Source of the DNA: Aplysia californica
Lineage: Eukaryota
Length of the DNA: 64,000 nt
Assembly (NCBI RefSeq): GCF_000002075.1
Contig: NW_004798383.1
Location: 55,631-119,630, forward strand
Direction of reading: 5' to 3'
The notes beneath the pieces were generated by a model. It saw only the letters and a list, made by a program, of their open reading frames with translations, made no database searches and was not told the origin of the DNA. Both the position numbers and the translations under genes were made by a program. Positions 54,601 through 64,000 of the stretch are shown here, one piece after another. Within the stretch, counting starts at the first letter, position 1, and each line of letters begins with the position of its first letter.

Positions 54601-57600
54601 GATTCCATACACACTACACATAAAAACACCACAATTAGTTTGAATGATCATTTGACTAAATGATGGCCTGCAACACTCACCAGCAGTAGTTGATTTTCCT
54701 ACACCACCTTTGCCAGAGGCAACTGCAATAACATGGTCCACTCCCGGTATTGGCAACCTTTTCGGCAAACCCTTTGCTTGTCTTTGTCGTTGACTCTCAG
54801 AGGATCGGTTGATTCTTCCCTCTACGCCCTGGAATGAAATGAAAGAAACAAGAACCCTTTAGTATTCTAAGCAATAAAAAGCAATACAAATCAACATTGA
54901 AAAATCTGAGGGATGGATTAGTTGTACAAAGGCATAAAAAGAGAGATCATCAAGACATATACATATGAATTGTAGGAAACACGGTTAAAGATTTGAAATC
55001 TTTATCTAATATTTGTGTCCCTCTAAAATTTAACTTTACAGATCGGGGGAAGGGCCATAAAAAGTGGAAAAGTAGTGACAGAGGATAGAGGTACCCATTA
55101 AATAGACAGGAATGGATTTTAAAACCAATTACCCTGGCTCTTGTGCACTGAGTGTGAAACTGGAATCCTAAAGGCCTGTTTTGGTTAAACAGGTTTGTGA
55201 ACTCTTCAATTATACTTAAACAACCTTTCTCAGCAGACCATATATGTTTACAATTATATTCATTGTATTCATCGTGTAGGCAATCACACAATGCTGCACT
55301 CCTAGAGTGGGCAAATTCTGGACCAAGATTGGCCATCCCCGAAGCAGGCCTGCCTCTCCGGTGCACTACCACTACCAGGATCAGAAAGTCGTAAGTTAAG
55401 GTTTAGTTATACATGAAAATACAGAGCAAAAATCAGTTCTCATCCAGAGTAAATGTTAATTTGAATCAGAGCCCCCTATAATTTCGGTAAGTCATACTTT
55501 CCCTGAAATTAAAAAAAATACAGCTGTAGTGGAAACCTGTCCAAATGGAATCTCATTATAACCCCTAAAGCTTGCCTCCAACTTCTAAATAGCGGAAACA
55601 AAGGCTTAGTCTTTACTAAAAAACTTGGTTCTGGAATATTTCCGAAAAACAAGCCAAAATTAGCACTAAAAAAACCAAAACAGTTGTCACTAGTACTGGA
55701 CGCTGCCAGCATCCGACGGGGAACAGGTTATTACTGCCGGACGCTCCCGATGGGGTTCAAAGAGTTAAAGAAAATAGTAGCTGTTTTAAATATTATCAAA
55801 TTTGCTTCAGTCGCTAACCGGCTTGTTGTCCTCGTTGGATCCGTCCTCTCGTTGAACGTGAGTAAGGCTAAAGAAAAGAAAGGAAACAATTTATTATACT
55901 ATACAATGTACCAATACCAGTAATTAAAACAGTTGTTCTCCCTGATGACAAAAATCTCAAACAGCATCAGTGCGCGTGTATGAGCGAGGCACACTAGATC
56001 TAGCAATACAATGTGTTAGGAATGGAGAGGAGGATGGGCCTTGTGTTTCGCTTGAGATGGAGAGAAAGGAGAGAAATTCTACGCTTTTAGGGCCGCTAAT
56101 TGCTTTTATCTGGTTATCGCAACCTCGTTGAAAGCGACTTTGGTCTGTTTGCAACCTCGTTGGAGCTGACGTTCATTTACAAAGAGATATATGGAGGAAA
56201 AATCGGGGATTAATGATTGCCTCGTTGGAGCCGACTTCTCTTTGAATGTGACCTCGTTGAAAGTGACACCCACTGTATCGCCTTCCGATTCACACCCCTG
56301 TCGTTGTCACCACCATGCGGCTAGTTTGAAGCTCTATCTGATCTATAGACCTAGTGCTACTCGTATGTCACGAGGGCAAGAACGGAATATGGAACGGAAA
56401 ACTTAGCACAGCTCCCCTTATTTTACAAAAGATGGTACAGTCCAACCCCCCTATAAAAACAAAATGAACGGGTTCCAACCAATAGGCAGAAGGAATTTTA
56501 TGGAGCCATTGTTTTAGCGAATCTTGGAGTGGGGGGGGGGGGGGGGATTTATGGGATCGCTAATTGAGGTCAATAGAGCAGCGCAACGAAGGGTGGGGGG
56601 CTGGCGGAGAGGATGGCGGGTGAGACGTTTCAATGGCGGGGCAACAAGAGTGGGATTCGCGAAGTGGCGTTGATATGACACTGTTCTGTTTCACGTATAC
56701 AACGAGCAGCGTTCCACGAGCGCTCACGTACTCGCGATTCTTTGAAGCTGACTGAATCGCGAATCGCCACTCTCAGATTTGGCAAGCAGGATCCAGCTCT
56801 AGCCGTGAGTGCCCGCGAGGCCGTGTTTACGCTACCTATTAAAATGATAAAACTCCCAAATTTGGCTGGATTCATTCTAACCTTTATGCCATGCTGCTAA
56901 TTTAAAGCAAGGAAGCGGGGGAAGGGTGTGGTTTGGGGGGCTGTTTATATTGCTCCATTCATGTGAGCCCTGAGCGGTGCAGTTGTTCAAGATGTTGTGG
57001 GTGTGAAATCTCACCACTTCTTGAGAAAGTGCTCAAGTGGCACTCCAGCAAGGATCATTTCCTAGCCAGAGGTGTGAAATTAATTTGACCACTGTCTACT
57101 GCTTGATCCTGACTGCCACCGGACAGGCAAACTTCGATCCCACTGTGTACAGCGCTGGCACCCAACCCCATCACAAAATTTTGCCCCAATGATAGAACTA
57201 TGGAGTGTGGGTTTTGGCTCCATCGACGATTACTTCAGGTTCTAAACGATTACTTTTTCGATGGCATGCCGATGTGTTCGATGTGTGGCGAGCGAGAAAA
57301 ACCAAACTTTAAATTGCAAAACATCAAATTTTTAATTCATGGACATGCTCCCCTGAAACTCCCCATAGGCCTATTTTTATTATCGAAGTGACTATTCGGA
57401 CTCGAGTCCGAATATGAAAAAATGTTATTTGGACTCTGATTCTTGTCCAGCATGACATCACTTCCGACTTCCTGTGACTCGTGACTCCGGCTTCCTGTCC
57501 TGCCTCACTCGTGGCTCGCCTCAGGCTGGGTAAAGACTGGGATCACTTCGGGCAAAATGGCGTTAAATTGTGCCGGAGCCGAGTTTTTATCTTATGATGA

Positions 57601-59499
57601 ATTTGAGGCTGGCCTGAAAAGTTAGAGCGCTTCTAATAAATGTTTATTTGTCAACAGGTCATCAGAAGCAATTAAAGATGGCTCGTTAGCGTGTGTCAGG
57701 GTCGGATGGACGGCCTGCACAAGTGTGGCTGTGTGTGCGTGTCGGGGAAGGGCGCTATCGTCCGAGCGTTGAACGTCGCATACGCGTTAGTCCCCCCCGC
57801 CGGCAATTGATCATTATTACAATAATAAGCTAGTCTTGACGTAGATCTACGTAATGAATTGTGCGCTGGTCTATGGAATCAAAAGTTGCCGTATGCTTGG
57901 CTCTACACAGCAACACAGCTTTTTCTTGGTAAACAATCAAGATGACACAGGCTTGTGTAATTGAACGAATCGTTTTTTTTTTTTTTGCACAGCTCATAAT
58001 ATGCAGGTGCCAAGAGATCTGCTAATCTTCAATTTTACCTTTTTCTACAACAAAGAAAGTGGGGAACATAGGGGGCGGGGGGGGGGAGCGTATCAATGAG
58101 GCGGTGGGCATCGGATCAGAAGACAAGGTGTGGGGGAAACTAAAAAATGGCGGAAAATTGGAAGCACTGAACGTCAGATCTATAGAACGAAGACACTTCC
58201 TTTTTTTCCGGACCCGTGTCCGAATAAAAAATTTTCTTATTCGGACTCGAGTCCAAATATGAATTTTTAAAATTTGGACTTGAGTCCGAATATGAAAAAA
58301 TGTTATTCGGACTCGAGTCTGAATAATAAAAGGCCCCTTGTTAAAGACAATTGAAATATTACTGCTCATTTTGCACTGAAAAATAGCAGTGCACCTCTCG
58401 CTCTCTTTCGGGTAAAACATCCATACCAGATATTTAAGTCAGTATTGATATCCAGTACTCTTCGGGCCAAAACCGGAGAACGACAATTTTCCAATACGAG
58501 AGAGAGAAATTATATCGGCGCTTTTTCGGTCTAGTTCCCACCCCGCAATTGTTATTCACGGGTTTTGGCCCCAAGAGTAGGGGGGTTTCAGGGGGGCTTG
58601 CCCCCTGAATTTTACCACAATTTAATGTTTTGCTGTTGTTAGGTTTGATATCTTAGCTCACCGCGAATCAAACGTATAGATCTAGAATCTAGATGTAGGT
58701 CAGGCTCATAAGGGGGGTGGGAACTACCGAAAAAGCACCATTATATCCAGGTCTTATGATTAGGCCCAACTTAGATTAGATTCTAGATCTAGATCAAATG
58801 ATCTTAAACAATTTTTTTTTCTGGTTTAGATCTAGATCTAGATTATTAGATCTAGATCTAGAGATATCTAGATCTAGATCTAAACTCTAGATAGAACTAG
58901 ATCTAGATTCTAAAAAGAAATCTAGATCTAGATCTATCTAGATCAAGATTTCGGTGCTTTTTCGGTAGTTCCCACCCCCCTTATTTGAGCCTGACCTACA
59001 TCTAGATCTAGATCTATATTAATGTTTGATTCGCGGTGAGCTAAGATATCAAACCTAACAACTGCAAAACATTAAATTATGGTAAAATTCAGGGGGGCAT
59101 GCCCCCCTGAAACCCCCTACCTATTTTTATTAGGTCAGGGGGGCAAGCCCCCCTGAAACCCCCCTACTCTTGTGGCCCAAACCCGTGAATAAAATTGCGG
59201 GGTGGGAACTACCGAAAAAGCGCCAAGATTTCTAGATCTAAATGCACCCTTGTGATTCCATCTTAGACAGGTTTGACGGTAGATTCTAAATAGATCTATT
59301 TGTAAAATAATCTTACTAATGGGTCAGAATGTGAGCTGAAAGATTGACAAGCCATTCGTTTCCAAGGGTTTGTTCCAGATGACAGCGGGGTCCTCTCTGT
59401 TACTGTTGAGTCTGTTGTATTTGTGAAAATATTGCCAAGTCGTGATCCATACCGACAGAACATTCTCTCAAACGCTCTTTTCTGTATATTAAGTGCCAT
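40513..59499 (-). CDS. NUBPL: Iron-sulfur cluster transfer protein NUBPL/Ind1 (Mrp/NBP35 family, complex I assembly), whole gene: 10 coding exons, 1041 nt, 346 aa
   Basis: complement(join(59317..59499,54681..54828,53915..53949,52818..52908,47833..47872,46760..46850,44244..44337,43482..43688,42249..42331,40513..40581)). All introns are GT-AG and phase-compatible. Motifs: [55 protein letters not shown]. No N-terminal 4-Cys motif of Nbp35; Arg-rich presequence-like N-terminus. Confidence 0.94.
41220..41415 (+). repeat. Dispersed repeat family; other copies at about 8215-8410, 28120-28430 and 54065-54245 (inverted)
   Basis: Shared AAAAGTGGTTGTCTTAGACAGGTGGA..TCTTGGAC..TGTCATTATTATA core followed by a G-run. 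Confidence 0.6.
42249..42331 (-). CDS. NUBPL: NUBPL exon 9 ([19 protein letters not shown])
   Basis: Acceptor tacag|, donor GAG|GTAACT. Confidence 0.93.
43240..43462. repeat. (GA)n-rich microsatellite
   Basis: Seen directly. Confidence 0.9.
43482..43688 (-). CDS. NUBPL: NUBPL exon 8 (VIVTTPQD...[13 protein letters not shown])
   Basis: Acceptor actag|, donor G|GTTTGT; contains the Fe-S-ligating CxxC. Confidence 0.93.
44244..44337 (-). CDS. NUBPL: NUBPL exon 7 ([24 protein letters not shown])
   Basis: Acceptor ggcag|, donor G|GTAAGG. Confidence 0.95.
45245..45655. repeat. Compound (CT)/(CTGT)/(CA) microsatellite
   Basis: Seen directly. Confidence 0.9.
46030..46420 (-). mobile_element. 3' fragment of an RLE-type non-LTR retrotransposon (HERO/R2-like)
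   Basis: Minus-strand [23 protein letters not shown] and VGCRGF-like restriction-like endonuclease motifs, frameshifted. Confidence 0.65.
46760..46850 (-). CDS. NUBPL: NUBPL exon 6 ([30 protein letters not shown])
   Basis: Acceptor atcag|, donor GAG|GTAAGA. Confidence 0.95.
47833..47872 (-). CDS. NUBPL: NUBPL exon 5 ([12 protein letters not shown])
   Basis: Acceptor ctacag|, donor TG|GTATGG. Confidence 0.92.
48243..48468 (+). repeat. 5' LTR (226 bp)
   Basis: TGTGG...AACA; 2 mismatches versus the 3' LTR. Confidence 0.95.
48519..49244 (+). CDS. gag: Retrotransposon Gag, intact ORF with two CCHC zinc knuckles
   Basis: ATG at 48519 (MASKITT...); [13 protein letters not shown] and [14 protein letters not shown]. 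Confidence 0.85.
   Translation: MASKITTDMIKPFSGNSDVVAWLAKVKLVAGLKNIQDLAKFVPLFLEGDALALYLQLSELERSQYETTEKRLLEAFTDSSFVVFSKLTQRRWDGEHVDVFANELRRLGGLAGFSGSELDRLVRLSFVNGFPDPISCELQQMSRVFEVELSEVIAKARILTASKTGMVSIAAAGGAMANEMGSHSQRVRAFKGSCYRCGGPHMAKFCSHRADIVCYHCNEVGHIASRCSQRGNGAYQKKQEN
49196..52140 (+). pseudogene. pol: Retrotransposon pol (PR-RT-RH-INT), disrupted
   Basis: In-frame stops at 49478-80, 50543-45, 51135-37 and 51976-78; frameshifts or deletions near 50725 and 51420. Confidence 0.88.
52270..52495 (+). repeat. 3' LTR (226 bp)
   Basis: Preceded by a short G-rich PPT-like ACGGGGGCG. Confidence 0.95.
52818..52908 (-). CDS. NUBPL: NUBPL exon 4 ([19 protein letters not shown])
   Basis: Acceptor cccag|, donor C|GTAAGA. 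Confidence 0.95.
53915..53949 (-). CDS. NUBPL: NUBPL exon 3 ([12 protein letters not shown])
   Basis: Acceptor cccag|, donor CAA|GTAAGA. Confidence 0.9.
54681..54828 (-). CDS. NUBPL: NUBPL exon 2 with deviant Walker A ([13 protein letters not shown])
   Basis: Acceptor ttccag|, donor G|GTGAGT. Confidence 0.95.
57368..58334. mobile_element. MITE-like element with palindromic TTCGGACTCGAGTCCGAA subterminal repeats; a related element at about 60482-61130
   Basis: GGCCTATTTTTATTA...TAATAAAAGGCC ends; several copies of the palindrome at both termini. Confidence 0.55.
58517..59224. repeat. Two inverted copies of one MITE (58517-58739 and 58953-59224) around an (AGATCT)n-rich spacer
   Basis: Each copy has TIR GGYGCTTTTTCGGTAGTTCCCACCCC; the internal sequences are reverse complements of each other. 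Confidence 0.8.
59317..59499 (-). CDS. NUBPL: NUBPL exon 1, probable mitochondrial targeting peptide ([21 protein letters not shown]...SHSDPL)
   Basis: ATG at 59499; donor TTA|GTAAGA in phase 0, matching exon 2; basic/hydroxylated composition. Confidence 0.75.
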
Positions 59500-60040
59500 T
59501 ATGGAACTGTTATATGTATTCTACGTGATATTACGCCCATACAATTCGTTTGAAGACAATAGCAACAGTATGTACAAATTACGAGGCTTAAAAATACATC
59601 AACCAGGAATGAGATTTCGCTGCAGAAGGTTGCATGCAACCTCATTTGTTTACAACTTTGATCAATTCAGAGTCAGAGTGTCCTCCCTTCGAGATCCGAC
59701 CAGACTCGTCCAAATGTCAAAACCTAGCATAATGATAGACCTACAAACTTCTTCAAAGAATTCCCACTCACTTTTCGTTGTAATGATGCATTTTCTTTTC
59801 GAACAATAATAAACTAAAAGACATATTATTCCCTAAATATTTAGAATTGGTTATCTTTTTTAAAACACGAGAAAATTCGGCTTTAAAAAATTACATGTAG
59901 TTGCATACCGGTATTTAGACAGCTTAGAAAAAGTAATTGCAGTAAAATCTGGTAAAATTGACAAAAGGAGATAACTCTATGAGAATAGCAAACTCTTTAG
60001 TAGATCAAGAGAGGAAAGGATTAAAACTGCGGGGTCAAAT
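59500..60040. promoter_or_regulatory. Putative bidirectional promoter between NUBPL (-) and the aminotransferase gene (+)
   Basis: Inferred only from the divergent arrangement of NUBPL exon 1 and the candidate first exon. Confidence 0.4.
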
Positions 60041-60100
60041 GTGTTTTAGAATTCAGAATGTAAACACCGGCAGAGCAGCGCAGTCTACACTGTAAGAAGA
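60040..60100 (+). other. Candidate non-coding first exon of the aminotransferase gene
   Basis: GC-richer patch ending AAGA|GTGAGT at 60100/60101. Splicing to the acceptor at 62569 places an in-frame TAA upstream of ATG 62597. The 5' boundary is approximate. Confidence 0.4.
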
Positions 60101-61231
60101 GTGAGTTCTATCTCCGTTAGAATTCGCTCTCGTCCTGGGGTTAATCATCTGAACCCACCAGTTCAACATGTTTTCAACTTTCTAGAATAGATCGGTTGTT
60201 GATTGTTTGATGGTATGGAAATGGATAATTATTATCTAAAATTAATTGTATGTTTAATTTAATAGATTCTATAATAAGGGTAACTTACACAGGCACGGTA
60301 ATAATAGTATTTTCGGGGTAGGCTACTTTGACAGTTTTTTTTTCAATTTTCATAAAGGAAAAAGCCCATTTTCAAATATTGAGCATTTGTTATTTTCTTC
60401 TTCAAACCTTTCAACTTCATCTCCAAAAATATCAAATATAATGGGAAAATGTCCAATTAATGTGAAATAAAGGAATTTTAAGGCCGCCGCTATTCAGACT
60501 CGAGTCCTAACAGCCACAGGAAGCTATTCGGACTCTCGAGTCTGCTTTCGAATCCGAATAGAAGGCTATTCGGACGCAAACTCCAATGTGCGTGCGCAAT
60601 CAGGTGCACCGGGTGTGAAGCAGACAAGCAATTCGACCTTGGTCTTCCTCGGTTTCTACGATCTGGCCAAGGAACTTACAACAAATGGAATCCGGCTGTG
60701 GTGACCTAGTGCGAACTGTGGTCTTTTCTTTTCCAAGGATAATAATATAATAGTAGGGCTGGGCAGTGGGCAACGGTATGGGAGGGAATGTATAGCATGA
60801 TCATAAAAAAAGGGGTGAAGGAGGTGGGGCGGGCTTGGGGAAGTAAGATGGAGAAAGAAAAAGTAAGAGAAAGAGAGAGAGGAAAAGTAAGAGAGAGAGA
60901 GAGAAATGGGAGGGGGGGGGGGGCTGCCTTATAAGGACTGATTATAGTATTAATTTTATGTTTTGATCCCTTTGTAGTCGTGAAACGCTGTGTCATAGTA
61001 ATAGCCTACCATTAGTTTAAAGTCCGAATAGCAATGGGAGACTATTCAGACTCGAGTATAGACCTCGCTTACAGTACAACCGCACTGGAATTTGAGTCCG
61101 AATGAATAGCCTCCAGCGTCGAGTCCGAACAGCCACTTCGGAATTTTAAACAAAAGTAGTCAAGACGATTGTTTGGGGCTATAAAAGCTCCTCTATATAT
61201 GCATTTACATGTTGAATTGGTCTGTTCTGAT

Positions 61232-62260
61232 CTATAGTGGCTGGTGACAAAAGTCACACACCCACTCAACACTTTCAATATCTGTGCTGCTTGGAATATC
61301 TGTTCAGCCCAGATGATACCACTTTGCACAAATGTCACAAAACACACCCAGTTGTCGTCACCTTCAGCAGCACCACATTTGTGACAAATGTCACCTTCCT
61401 CATCTTAGCTGGATTCGATTTCTCTGTTCCTTTTCTTTCCTTTGCCTTTGCTCTTTGATTAACCTGACCTTGGCCTATTCCTATTGCTGCCGTCTTTGCT
61501 GACACCTTTCCCCAGTGAGACTCTCTCCATATCTGAATTGCAACACCCTTGCTGACCGACCACAACCACTCGCATTTCAAACCTTGGTTGAAGTTCCTTC
61601 AGGAAAAAGTCACGGATTAACTTTTCCCAAGAAGGCGTTCATGATTTGGAACCCTCTATTCTGGGGAATGTGGTGTCCACAGTGATGGGAGTAGATGATG
61701 CAGAACTAGTAGACATGGCATTGGTGGAGGCGATGGTGTCATCATTGATTCTACTGTGGTGGAAGTAGATGGTGCAGGGCCAGGAGACGACATTGGTGGA
61801 GACGATGGTGCCATCGATTCCGCAGTGGTGGAAAAAGATGCTGATGACTATGCTTTTGTGGCAGAAGGGGATATGGATCGCTCAGCAGTGGATGTATTAG
61901 GAGATGGAAGAGATACTTGGGGACGATGTTGAAAGGAAGAGGTGTCGATTGCATCCTTGTTGAAGGGGAATATATGCCTGTTCCCTGGAATCCCCCTTTC
62001 ACTTACTCCTCAGTGAAAGAACTTTCTAAAAGAGCTTTCAGCCTGCCTGGAAAGTGTTTTTTTGATACAGGCCCTGCATGAGTCCTTGCATACTTCACAA
62101 AGAGGCTTTGCCATTTGCGCTTCACAGGGCCAAGCCTGTGCGTTTGTGAGGTATGATTGCAGACGGAGCAGGATCACATTATTGGCCTTTCCTACCTTGA
62201 CGAGTTCCTCACTGATGTGGGAGGAATGGCCATCAAATATCAAAACTCGGGTGTGACTGG
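61232..62260 (-). mobile_element. Decayed pogo/Tigger-like (DDE_1) transposase with PHD finger
   Basis: LIFDGHSSHISEELV...NNVILLRL; C-terminal FCDICAKWYHLG*TDI...WVCDFC; stops and frameshifts. Confidence 0.75.
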
Positions 62261-62596
62261 CTAAGTGTGAAGTGTTAAGACAGGGTAATAAGCCCCTCTT
62301 TCTACTTATATGCTAACTTAAATTCTCTATAACTTATAAGACAAAACCTTTGGGGCCACAAGCCCCAGTCTGTTGCTTCTATAGATAATGCAGTTTTTTC
62401 ATGAAGCATGAGATGATTCTTTGTGACTTGGAAGCCCAGCAAGCCAGCTTTGCATATGTCTTTATAATATGCACTGGGTATTTTAAAAAGCGTGTATAAT
62501 GCAGTATTTTTTTATCGATTGATTGGAACTCATTCATAATATATATAACTTTTTTTTCATATTTTCAGAGCCGAGGCAGTGCGGTTTGAATACATA

Positions 62597-64000
62597 ATGA
62601 GTTATTCCGCCCTACCTTATTTCCCAGTGATAATCGGTGAGTATTTCCCTGTTATGGCATAGTTTTTCCTACTCCAATTTGACGTTTCTTTCAGCTCAAA
62701 CTTGTTACTGAGATGTGGAGCTGTACAAAAATAAAAAAGTTGTAAAGTTATGTTATTTAGGTAGTAATGGCATTAAGCTGAAATAATACAATAGTGTCAA
62801 ATGGATGGAGAGAAACAGTTGCTTAGTGCTGTGTGAAAGTGAGGTCTTTAAAAAAATTTAACTCCTCTGCTAAGACGTAGAATTATTAAAAACGCAGTAC
62901 ATGTAAGTTACCAACAGTGTGTCGTTACAAGTTCAGACGAAGCATGATATATATAGGTGTTATTTGCCCTTTCGTCTTTCTTCTTTTCATTGTTGTTATT
63001 GTGTTAATATAATTATGCACTCTGCCACTATCATTATGTGCTCATGACTTTATGCAATAGCAAGTACTGTAAAACTCTTACCAAACTAAACTCTGCAACT
63101 GGTGAGAATGTGAGAAGTTTTGATAATGGCATGAGCTTCAGTTTTGTTCCTTATTAATATTTATTTGTATTGACTATCAATGTCTCCAGATGCTTCGCTA
63201 GGGGACTTCAAGTATGCCGCCGACCAATGCATGAGATCTCACACTATGGGCCAGCGTGCTGAACTGGTCCAGACCTTGACCAAGATATGGATGTCCGAGG
63301 CCAATGCAAACTCTGTGCTGCCCTCACTGTCTGTGCGCTCAGGGTTTGATCTCTTCCTGCAGGCCAAGAGGTTCCCCAGAGGGAGCGAAGTCATAATGTC
63401 CGCTGTCAATATTCCTGACATGGGAAGGATTGTACAGAGCCATGGGCTTTCCATAGTTCCTTTAGATATTAGCATTGACTCTTTGGAACCTAAGATAGAG
63501 TCTCTCCCAAGCCTGATCTCTCCGAAGACAGTGGCTATAGTTGTGGCTCATTTATGTGGGAGGTGGATTGATATGGACCCTATTATTTCTGCAGCTCGGA
63601 TGTATGGCTTGACTGTGGTGGAGGACTGTGCTGAATGCTTCTGTGGTTTTGATCATCTGGGCCATCCAGAGTCGGACATTTCCCTATTCAGCTTTGGTAC
63701 CATCAAGTTTTCTACCTCATTTGGTGGGTGTATAGCAAAAGTCCGTGATTCCGAGGTCTTCCAAACCATGAGCAGCCTTCAAAACAACTACCCGGTTCAA
63801 ACTCCCAGCATGTACCTTAAAAAAGTTCTCAAACTGGCTGTACTGTACACCTGGATGCAAGTGAAGCCTTTTCCACAAGTTGGAAGAGAAGTTTTGTGTA
63901 GGCTAGGAGTGGACTACAAAGCCAAGTTTGTCAAGATGATGCGTGGGTTTCCCGACAAAATGCTGGAGTCCATTCGATGCCAACCAAGTTCTGCTCTCCT
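62597..64000 (+). CDS. DegT/DnrJ/EryC1/StrS-family PLP-dependent aminotransferase-like protein, 5' part (spliced; continues beyond the window)
   Basis: join(62597..62636,63190..>64000). Exon MSYSALPYFPVII+G|GTGAGT joins ctccag|AT in phase 1, then about 270 codons with no stop: SVRSGFDL, SEVIMSAVNIPDM, PKTVAIVVAHLCG, VVEDCAE (63621-63632), SDISLFSFGTIK (Lys 63705-63707), FGG. These are the fold-type-I DegT motifs. Confidence 0.85.

Noticed and set aside
56630-56875. 81-aa minus-strand ORF as NUBPL exon 1
   Set aside because: No suitable donor or presequence character; 59317-59499 fits phase and composition better
59423-59809. 128-aa + strand ORF with an ATG (59501) abutting the NUBPL ATG, as first exon of the aminotransferase
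   Set aside because: No recognisable homology and it overlaps the NUBPL 5' end; the 62597 exon has much better splice signals
62597-64000. Bacterial contamination as the source of the DegT-like ORF
   Set aside because: It has phase-compatible spliceosomal sites and is contiguous with host introns and repeats; read-level confirmation is still advisable

Overview
Eukaryotic (animal) genomic DNA with spliceosomal GT-AG introns, microsatellites and assembly gaps. The abundant AGATCT-type repeats suggest a mollusc, possibly a gastropod, but that is inference. Three host genes were reconstructed by hand. (1) KIF9 kinesin, + strand, 20 core coding exons, 1408..37041, 828 aa. (2) NUBPL/Ind1 mitochondrial Fe-S P-loop NTPase, - strand, 10 coding exons, 59499..40513, 346 aa. 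(3) A spliced DegT/DnrJ/EryC1/StrS-family (bacterial sugar-aminotransferase-type) PLP enzyme, + strand, ATG at 62597, running off the window end. It is absent from the ORF track and lies head-to-head with NUBPL. NUBPL intron 4 holds a complete 4.25-kb LTR retrotransposon with 226-bp LTRs (2 mismatches), an AATAA TSD, a -1 frameshift signal and a decayed pol. The introns also contain two pogo-like DDE+PHD fossils, piggyBac-like and other MITEs, SINEs and an RLE-type LINE fragment. The most notable observations are the intron-containing DegT-type aminotransferase, a cluster of frame-preserving candidate cassette exons and microexons in the KIF9 stalk, tandem duplications of KIF9 splice junctions, and a 700-bp MITE foldback just inside NUBPL intron 1.
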